From: Gemmatimonadales bacterium
GTDB lineage: Bacteria; Gemmatimonadota; Gemmatimonadetes; Gemmatimonadales; GWC2-71-9
NCBI GenBank assembly: GCA_041599395.1
Contig: JBFHWR010000003.1
Location: 1 to 36,614 of the forward strand
Direction of reading: 5' to 3'
Length of the DNA: 36,614 bases
The translations under genes were made by a program, and so were the position numbers. Below are positions 29,475-36,614 of the stretch, piece by piece. The notes under the pieces were generated by a model. It made no database searches, had not been told where the DNA came from, and was given only the letters and a program-made list of their open reading frames with translations. Every line of letters begins with the position of its first letter. The stretch's first letter is position 1.

Positions 29475-32400
29475 GGATCATCGTGCGACGATGGCGGCTC
29501 CCTCGTGCCGTGTTTCTCGTTGCGCTTGCGATCCCGCCCACTGTTCAGGCGCAGTATTTCGGCCAAAACAAGGTCCAGCACCGAAACCTGGAGTTCGCTG
29601 TCCTCGAGACAGAGCACTTCGAGATCTACTACTACGAAGACGAGCGCGAAGCCGCAATTGACGGCGCTCGCATGGCCGAACGGGCCTATGGGAGACTGTC
29701 TCGAATCCTGGGCCATCGGTATCGCGAGCGGCAGCCCCTCGTCTTCTTCGCGTCACACACCGAATTCCAGCAGAACAATGTTACGACGATTGGCGAGACG
29801 ACCGGGGGTGTGACAGAGCCGTACCGGCACCGTGCGTTGCTGCCGTTCACGGGTTCCTACGCGGATTTCGAGCACGTCCTGCAACACGAACTCGTGCACC
29901 AATTTCAGTTCGATGTGTTTGCCCGCGGCGTCGTCGGCGCCGGGATCCAACAACTCGTGGCCGTCAATCCTCCTCTGTGGTTCATGGAGGGCATGGCGGA
30001 GTACCTGTCGCTCGGGCCCATCGATACGCAGACGGCGATGTGGGTGCGGGCGGCCCTCGTCGCCGACGATCTTCCAACAATCGAGCAACTGACAACCGAT
30101 ACCCGCTACACACCGTACCGATTCGGCCACGCTCTCTGGTCCTACATCGGGGAGCGCTGGGGGGATGAGGCCGTGTCGCGAATTCTGCATTCGGCCTCAG
30201 TGAGCGGGGTCGAGACGGCAATGACGCGGGTGCTGGGCCGCTCACTGCGTGATCTGTCGACCGAATGGCACGACGCGATCCGGCACGCGTATTTGCCCCT
30301 CGTCGGGAATCGGCGTCATGCGCGAGATTTTGCGACACCCGTGCTCACCGAAGACCGCTCGTCGGGAACCGTGCACCTCTCACCGGCCCTCTCGCCCGAC
30401 GGCGGTCGGGTCGTCTACCTGTCAGAGGGAAGCTCCTTCTGGATCGATCTCTACCTCATGGACGCCGCGGCGGGCATGCCGGCGCGCCGCCTCGTGAAGA
30501 GTGCGTTCAGCGCCGACTTCGAGAGCCTGCGCTTTCTGAACTCCGCCGCCGCGTGGTCGCCTGACGGGCGGCTCATCGCCTTCGTCGCGAAACGCGGGGG
30601 CGCGGACGACCTCGTGATCTTCGACACGCGGCGTATGCGCATCCACCGGCGCATCGCTGTACCCCTCAACGGGCTGACCACGCCGTCGTGGTCGCCCGAC
30701 GGTAAGCGACTGGCGTTCACGGGGTACGACGGGGGGTTGTCGGATCTCTACACGATCGAGAAAGACGGCTCGGGACTCCGGCGCCTCACCAACGACCGAT
30801 ATGCCGATCTCCACCCTGCGTGGTCTCCAGACGGCAGATCGATCGCGTTTGCCACCGATCGGGGACCACAGTCCGATCTCGCGACGCTTCGGTTGGAACC
30901 CCTGCGCCTCGCGATCTACGACCTCGAGACAGGGTCCATCAAGTTGCTCGAGGGGATGGAAGGGAGAAACATCAACCCACAATGGTCGCCGGACGGCGAA
31001 TCGGTTGCGTTCGTGTCGGACCGAACCGGCGTCCCGAACATCTTCTTGTACGAGCGTGCCCAAGGGCTCGTTTACCAGCTCACCGATGTGTACACGGGTA
31101 TCGCCGGTGTCACGCCGCTCTCGCCGGCGATCTCGTGGGCGCCGAAGGCAGACCGGCTCGCGCTGACGCAGTACGAGAACGGAAAGTTCAATGTATACGC
31201 CGTCGATAACCCGCGTCGGCTGAAGCGGGAACCGTACGACGCCACACAGGACCGGTCCGTTGTCTCAACCCTTACCCCTCCTGGCACCGGCTCCGTGTCG
31301 ATGCCATTGCCCGTGGGGTCAGCGGCCCCCGCCCGTGTTCACCGGAATACCAGAATCGGGCATGTGCTTCGTGCCGCCCCGGGCAGTCGCGACTCGGCGC
31401 GGCACACGCGACGGCCCTATCTATCCGTGCGTCGCCTCCTCGACAGTGCCGCGCTGGCCCTCCCCGACACCTCGGAGTTCAACTTCAGGCCGTACTCGGC
31501 ACGGTTGATACCCGACTATGTCGTCCAGCCGTCGATTGGCTACGTCCGCGACAATTTCGGCGGCGGGATTTTTGGCGGAAGCGCGGTTGCGCTGTCTGAC
31601 ATGCTGGGCAACCGGCGGCTCTTCGTGGGCGCACAGGTGAACGGGCGTTTGGAGGAAGCCCTGATCTCGGCAGCATATTCAAATCTCCGGAGCCGAACGA
31701 ACTGGGCAGTCGGCCTGTCGCAGGATCCGCGATTCTATTACACCGGTAGCGAGGTCGCGCGCGATGAAACCGGTGGCGCAACGCTCACGACGCGACTCGA
31801 ACGTTTCATCGTGCGCCAAGCGTTTGTTCGAGCCCATCGTCCATTCAATCGGTTTCACCGAGTGGAGATCGGACTGAGTGTGCACAATGTGTCGCGCGAC
31901 GCCATCGATTTCGTACAGCCGTTCGACCCGACGACGGGCATCGTGCTCAACATTGATCGGAACGCCGAACACTTGGAGACCGCCAACTTCCTACAACCTG
32001 TCGTGGCTGTGGTCTTTGACAACTCCGTATCGACGGGATTCGGTCCGTTCATCGGCCGACGAAGTCGGCTGGAATACTCCCCTGCGATTGGAGACTGGAG
32101 CTACCACCAGGTGCTCGGCGATTATCGCCGCTACGATCACTTGGGTGGGTTCTTCACGATTGCAACCCGGGCATTGTTCTTTGGTCGGTTTGGCGCGGAA
32201 AGTGGGCAGTTCCCTCTCTTTCTGGGAATGCCGGAGCTGCTGCGAGGGTACACGGCCGGTTCATTCCGGCGCCACGAATGCCTCACGGACGAAACCGGCC
32301 CCGTCTCCGGCTGCGGCGCGCTCGACCAACTCATTGGCTCGCGCATCGCCGTCGCGAATGCCGAGCTGCGCTTCCCCTTGATCGACGGGCTCGAGCTCGG

Positions 32401-32668
32401 GGCCCTGCCCCTCCGACTACCACCAATTCAGGGGGCCGTCTTCTTTGACGTTGGACTGGCGTGGCGAGATGAAAGTGTGCTCGTCCTTGGCAGAAACGAA
32501 CGACAGAACCGCGCCAAGGATCGCTACAGAACCCCACTCACCAGCATGGGAGTCTCCCTGCGCACGTTTTTTTTGGGGTTCCTCGTGTTGCGCGGGGACT
32601 TCGCGAAACCATTGACGCGATCCGAACACGGCGCATACTGGACGCTGAGCATTGGCCCTACGTTCTAG
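29471..32668 (+). CDS. Outer-membrane protein: gluzincin-like metallopeptidase + PD40/TolB-like propeller + Omp85 barrel
   Basis: Signal peptide then QYFGQNKV; HELVH...WFMEGMAEY; repeated (W/L)SPDG; barrel motifs LRGY and FFDVG; terminal YWTLSIGPTF. Confidence 0.88.
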   Translation: MRIIVRRWRLPRAVFLVALAIPPTVQAQYFGQNKVQHRNLEFAVLETEHFEIYYYEDEREAAIDGARMAERAYGRLSRILGHRYRERQPLVFFASHTEFQQNNVTTIGETTGGVTEPYRHRALLPFTGSYADFEHVLQHELVHQFQFDVFARGVVGAGIQQLVAVNPPLWFMEGMAEYLSLGPIDTQTAMWVRAALVADDLPTIEQLTTDTRYTPYRFGHALWSYIGERWGDEAVSRILHSASVSGVETAMTRVLGRSLRDLSTEWHDAIRHAYLPLVGNRRHARDFATPVLTEDRSSGTVHLSPALSPDGGRVVYLSEGSSFWIDLYLMDAAAGMPARRLVKSAFSADFESLRFLNSAAAWSPDGRLIAFVAKRGGADDLVIFDTRRMRIHRRIAVPLNGLTTPSWSPDGKRLAFTGYDGGLSDLYTIEKDGSGLRRLTNDRYADLHPAWSPDGRSIAFATDRGPQSDLATLRLEPLRLAIYDLETGSIKLLEGMEGRNINPQWSPDGESVAFVSDRTGVPNIFLYERAQGLVYQLTDVYTGIAGVTPLSPAISWAPKADRLALTQYENGKFNVYAVDNPRRLKREPYDATQDRSVVSTLTPPGTGSVSMPLPVGSAAPARVHRNTRIGHVLRAAPGSRDSARHTRRPYLSVRRLLDSAALALPDTSEFNFRPYSARLIPDYVVQPSIGYVRDNFGGGIFGGSAVALSDMLGNRRLFVGAQVNGRLEEALISAAYSNLRSRTNWAVGLSQDPRFYYTGSEVARDETGGATLTTRLERFIVRQAFVRAHRPFNRFHRVEIGLSVHNVSRDAIDFVQPFDPTTGIVLNIDRNAEHLETANFLQPVVAVVFDNSVSTGFGPFIGRRSRLEYSPAIGDWSYHQVLGDYRRYDHLGGFFTIATRALFFGRFGAESGQFPLFLGMPELLRGYTAGSFRRHECLTDETGPVSGCGALDQLIGSRIAVANAELRFPLIDGLELGALPLRLPPIQGAVFFDVGLAWRDESVLVLGRNERQNRAKDRYRTPLTSMGVSLRTFFLGFLVLRGDFAKPLTRSEHGAYWTLSIGPTF

Positions 32669-32678
32669 ATTTGTCGCC

Positions 32679-34058
32679 ATGAGACCCAGAGTTCTCGTAC
32701 TCGCCCTGGCGGTCAGCCTGGCCGGATGTAATGGAGAGTTGCGCAGAAACCCTCTCATGGGGCTCCTGGCGGAGGGGATCACCGAGCCGCGCGACAGAGG
32801 CCCCCTGCTCGCGTTCCGCCTGCCCGCTGGCGGCGGCGAGGCGCACCTCTACTACCTGCCCACCCTGTCAGAAGAGTCGTGGCGGTTCGACTGGGGACCG
32901 TACGAAACCAAGCAGTTGGTCGGATTTTCGGCGTCCGACGATGTCATTTACGCCATCACGACCGAGCAGTACTTGATCTCGCTCGATCTCGAGACCGGGC
33001 GAACCCGTCTCGTGGATAGCGCCGTTGTTGTCGCGACCATGGACGCCGCCGATCGCGCGATCGTGGTGCATGGTGACAGTACGCTCGCCGTGGTCCAGAA
33101 TCGAGCGGTGTCCATCGTGGACACGCTTCCCGCGATTCCCGCCGCGTTGTGGGGAGGGGTGAACGGGCGCATTCTTGCTCTTGTCGAGCAGGAGGGGGCA
33201 CGCGAGCTCATCGTGCTGCGCGAGGACGAAGATCCCGTGCGCCAGCCGGTTCCGGACGGAGACATTGCGGTCTCGAAGTGGGGTGACATGGCTGCGGTCG
33301 CCACCGACTCGGGCCTCGTGACGCTGAGCACCCGCGACCCCGTATTGGTGCGGTTTCTCTCCCTCCAACCAACGCCACGCCTTGTGGCGTTCTCCCCATC
33401 CGCCCACGAGATCCATCTGGTCCTCGGAGATCGGGTCCTCGTGACGGTCGACCGGTTCGACTTGGCTGAGACCCGGCGCATCCCGCTGCCGGGGAGCGCC
33501 GCCGCGCTGCGGCCCGATCCCTCAGGTCAGAAGCTCCTCATCAAACAGGAAGCCGACCAGGCCTTCTGGGTGGCGAACCTCGACCGGTATCGGCTTCGCT
33601 CTGTCGCCGGCGACTGGGACAGCGACCTTCCCGTAGCCACCGGCAGCGGTGAGATACTGGGCCGGCGAGGAGACAGCCTGCTCGTTCTCGCGGATGACAG
33701 CCTGGTGGCGCTCGGTGTATCCACAGCCCCGGCAGCCGACAGGTGGGTCGTCGCCCGATGGGAGGCACACCAGCCGGCGCACCAACTCTCCAGGAGCGAG
33801 ACGTCAGACCCGGGATCGGCCGGACTCACCTTCTACGTACAAGTCAGTAGCTCACGCAATCCCATATGGGCAGAAGACTTCGCTCGTCGGCTGCGCATCG
33901 CGGGCATGACCGCGCTCGTGCTGCAGCCGGACGACGTGGATGAGCTGTATCACGTCGTCCTGGGCCCGTATTCCTCACGGCGGGAGGCGGAAACCGTGGG
34001 GCGGAGCGTCGGACTCCCATTTTGGGTGCTGACCCGCCAGGGAGGCCTCAGCCCATAA
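32679..34058 (+). CDS. Lipoprotein with beta-rich N-terminal region and C-terminal SPOR domain
   Basis: ATG 32679, lipobox LAGC; C-terminal FYVQVSS...A..L...G...YHVVLGPYSSRREAE. Confidence 0.82.
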   Translation: MRPRVLVLALAVSLAGCNGELRRNPLMGLLAEGITEPRDRGPLLAFRLPAGGGEAHLYYLPTLSEESWRFDWGPYETKQLVGFSASDDVIYAITTEQYLISLDLETGRTRLVDSAVVVATMDAADRAIVVHGDSTLAVVQNRAVSIVDTLPAIPAALWGGVNGRILALVEQEGARELIVLREDEDPVRQPVPDGDIAVSKWGDMAAVATDSGLVTLSTRDPVLVRFLSLQPTPRLVAFSPSAHEIHLVLGDRVLVTVDRFDLAETRRIPLPGSAAALRPDPSGQKLLIKQEADQAFWVANLDRYRLRSVAGDWDSDLPVATGSGEILGRRGDSLLVLADDSLVALGVSTAPAADRWVVARWEAHQPAHQLSRSETSDPGSAGLTFYVQVSSSRNPIWAEDFARRLRIAGMTALVLQPDDVDELYHVVLGPYSSRREAETVGRSVGLPFWVLTRQGGLSP

Positions 34059-34182
34059 CGCTGTTGCGCAGGCAGGTGACCGGGTCTTCGGGAAACGCTG
34101 CCCAGGGCGTACATTGTCTAGGTTCTCGACCATCCAGAATTCGTCCAACGCACCTCTCGATCCATGCTATGAGCACCATGCC

Positions 34183-36614
34183 ATGCGGTTGACCCAACTC
34201 GAGCTGTCGGGTTTCAAGTCCTTTGCGGACTCGACCGGCTTGCCATTCGAGGACGGTGTGACTGCCGTCGTCGGACCAAACGGCTGCGGAAAATCCAACA
34301 TCTCCGACGCCGTTCGATGGGTGTTGGGAGAACACCGAGCCCGCTTGCTGCGCAGCCAAAAGATGGACGAAGTCATCTTTCAGGGGGCGGCAAAACGGCG
34401 TCCGGTGAACATTGCAGAGGTCTCGCTGCATCTCGACAACAGTGATTCCTCTTTGCCGATCTCATATCGCGACGTCGTCATTACCCGCCGACTCTCCCGT
34501 AACGGTCAGAGCGAATACCTGGTGAACCAAGTGCCGGTGCGCTTGCGGGACGTGCAGGACCTGCTGAAAGGAACCGGCCTGGGCCACAACGCGGGCGTCG
34601 TTATCGAAGCCCAGATGATCGATCGGTTGCTTTCCGATCGCACTGAGGAACGACGGTCGCTGTTCGAGGAAGCTGCCGGGATCGGTCTGTATCGGGACCG
34701 GAAGACGAGCACCGAGCGGCGTCTCCAGAAGACGCTGGAAGACCTGCAGCGGCTGGACGACGTGATTGCGGGAGTCCAAACGCAGGTACGAAGTCTCGCG
34801 CGGCAGCGAGGACGCGCCGAGCGATACGCGACCTACACGACAGAGCGATTCAACATCGTGATGACGCTCACTCGGCGGGAGCTGCAGGAGTTCGAGGTGG
34901 CACGAGTTCGCCTCGCCGAGCGCCGCACCGAACTCGGCACCCGGATCCCGACATGTCGGGAGCAGCTTTCCGCATTGGAGCGGGGACGCGAGGAGCGGGT
35001 CCAGGGCCGGGCCACGGCCGAGGCAGGCCGCACGGAGGTCGAGCGACGGCTCGCCGCGACCCAGGTTGAAATCGAACGGCTGGAGGGTGACCTCAAGCTC
35101 GCCGCTGAGCGCCTGGAAAACGCGGCACAGCGGAAGGCTCGGGCTGCTGAGGAATCCCAGGAAGCGCGCAAGCGTGCAGCACAAGGGGCTCGGGAAAGTG
35201 AAGCGGCGGCAAACGAGCGCGCGGCCGCTGAATCGGCCCGGGCATCGGTGCAGACGGAGCTCGACCTCCGCATGGCGACGGAAAAAGAGGCGCGAGACCG
35301 GCTCGCCGCGCATCGCACGCTGGTCCGGGAGACCGAAGATCGGCTGCAACAACAGGCGGAATTGTTCCGAGCGCTGACCGGTGAGCGAACAGCGGGTGAA
35401 AGCGAGCTGACCGAGCTGCGTTCGTTGCGCGCTGAGGCGGACGAGCGTCGCAGCACGGCCACGCAGGAGCTCGAAGGCGCTGGTGCCAGGTTGAAGGAGA
35501 CGGAACAGGCACTTGTCGACCGCGAGCGTGAGGACGAGGAAGCAACGAACGCCCTCGAGCACGCGCGGCATACACTCGCGGCGGCACGGGAACATGAGGC
35601 GGCGTTGCGGGCCGAGCGGCGCGGCACGCTGGAACGGATTGCGCACCTCGGTGCGAGACGGGAAGCCCTGGAGGCGCTCGAGCGAAATCGTGAGGGACTG
35701 GCACCAGCCGCCCGTGCGTTGCTCGAGTCACGTCGTCAATTCACGGACGATGGAATCTTGGGTCCGCTGAGCGACTTCGTCACCGCACCGCAAGCGAATG
35801 CCCAATTGGCGGAACGCCTGCTCGGTGAATGGCTTCAGGCGGTACTGGTCCGCGATTCCCAAACCGTCGCGGCAGTTCAGGCGTGGCACGCACGCCATCA
35901 ACCGGGTCCGCTGGTGATTTTACCGGTCGAACCAGCGCCGCGCGCGAAAGCGCTGGCGGAGAAGTCGATGGCGGACCTCACCGTGTCGACGCCCGCCGAG
36001 GCGTGGGTCCGAACTCTACTCGCGGACGTTCAGAGCCTCGACGAGGAAGGTTTGGCGATTCGCCATGGCAACGGCGCAGTGTATCTGGCGGGAACGACGA
36101 ACAGCGGGCCGCTCAGCCGTCGGGCCGAACTGGATGTCTTGGTGAAGCAGTTCAGCGACGCCGAACGCAGTCAACAGACGCTGAACCTCGCTGTCGAGCA
36201 GGCAGCGCGCGATTTTGCCGAGGCCGAAACCGGTCTCGAATTAGCGACGCGTCGGGCGGAAGAGGCCCGGGCGGTACTCCGTGAGGCGCAGGGGCACCAT
36301 GATGATGCGATGAGGCGCTTCAAGCGAGCCGAACAGGAGGTCAGCGAGGCCCAGGCGTGGGTGACGCGGCTCGACGAGCGCATCGACGACCGTTCGACCC
36401 GTCTGGGGGAGGTCGTGCTCGCGCTGACGGATGGCGAAGGTGGCCGCGCCAACTTGGCGGCCGAACTCGAGAACCTGCGGGCGCAGCTTGCCGAGCACGA
36501 GGCTGCTCAAGAAGCTGCGCGGGAACGTCGGGTCCACTGGCAGGTGGAAGAAGCCCAGATTTCCGCACGCGAACAGGCCGCCCGCGACCGGGAAGAGCGG
36601 GCTTCACAGATGTA
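34183..36614 (+). CDS. smc: Chromosome segregation protein SMC (runs off the window end)
   Basis: Absent from the ORF track because no stop lies in the window. Hand translation gives MRLTQLELSGFKSFAD, VVGPNGCGKSNISDAVRWVLGE, LFEEAAGI, coiled coil and hinge GILGPLSDFV. Confidence 0.96.
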   Translation, partial: MRLTQLELSGFKSFADSTGLPFEDGVTAVVGPNGCGKSNISDAVRWVLGEHRARLLRSQKMDEVIFQGAAKRRPVNIAEVSLHLDNSDSSLPISYRDVVITRRLSRNGQSEYLVNQVPVRLRDVQDLLKGTGLGHNAGVVIEAQMIDRLLSDRTEERRSLFEEAAGIGLYRDRKTSTERRLQKTLEDLQRLDDVIAGVQTQVRSLARQRGRAERYATYTTERFNIVMTLTRRELQEFEVARVRLAERRTELGTRIPTCREQLSALERGREERVQGRATAEAGRTEVERRLAATQVEIERLEGDLKLAAERLENAAQRKARAAEESQEARKRAAQGARESEAAANERAAAESARASVQTELDLRMATEKEARDRLAAHRTLVRETEDRLQQQAELFRALTGERTAGESELTELRSLRAEADERRSTATQELEGAGARLKETEQALVDREREDEEATNALEHARHTLAAAREHEAALRAERRGTLERIAHLGARREALEALERNREGLAPAARALLESRRQFTDDGILGPLSDFVTAPQANAQLAERLLGEWLQAVLVRDSQTVAAVQAWHARHQPGPLVILPVEPAPRAKALAEKSMADLTVSTPAEAWVRTLLADVQSLDEEGLAIRHGNGAVYLAGTTNSGPLSRRAELDVLVKQFSDAERSQQTLNLAVEQAARDFAEAETGLELATRRAEEARAVLREAQGHHDDAMRRFKRAEQEVSEAQAWVTRLDERIDDRSTRLGEVVLALTDGEGGRANLAAELENLRAQLAEHEAAQEAARERRVHWQVEEAQISAREQAARDREERASQM

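Noticed and set aside
32567-32578. T8G4 tract in the Omp85 gene as a phase-variation site
   Set aside because: Short, in frame, and encodes an ordinary FFLG strand; no evidence of slippage.
34462-35731. Minus-strand ORFs of 394, 264 and 212 aa
   Set aside because: Antisense to the clearly recognisable smc.

Overview
GC-rich bacterial chromosome, most likely Gemmatimonadota. This is inferred from gene content and order (rpsF-rpsR-DUF2232-rplI-DAK2/DegV-rsfS-Omp85-SPOR-smc), not from a database search. The left half (1.8-17.9 kb, minus strand) is a tightly coupled Wzx/Wzy-dependent surface-polysaccharide locus: wzc, wza, initiating sugar-P transferase, rmlA, wzy-like, phosphoribosyltransferase, GT2, HAD phosphatase, sulfotransferase, wzx, rmlB and a decayed rmlD. 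A bifunctional sat/cysC (PAPS synthase) lies upstream, and a convergent secreted beta-helix protein lies downstream. The most interesting signal is a stand-alone type I PRTase and a HAD phosphatase flanking the only glycosyltransferase, next to a sulfotransferase. This suggests a split ribofuranosylation module building a ribosylated, sulfated glycan. The right half (19-36.6 kb, plus strand) is mostly housekeeping: Tat-exported M20 peptidase, prs, rplY, pth (apparent CTG start), K+-dependent membrane PPase, rpsF, rpsR, rplI, DAK2-DegV, rsfS, a metallopeptidase/PD40/Omp85 protein, a SPOR lipoprotein and a 3'-truncated smc. Non-coding signals include heptamer repeat tracts, a 25-bp-period direct repeat upstream of wzc, a CRP-like site and a candidate S6:S18 leader. 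I saw no tRNA, rRNA, CRISPR array or transposase.
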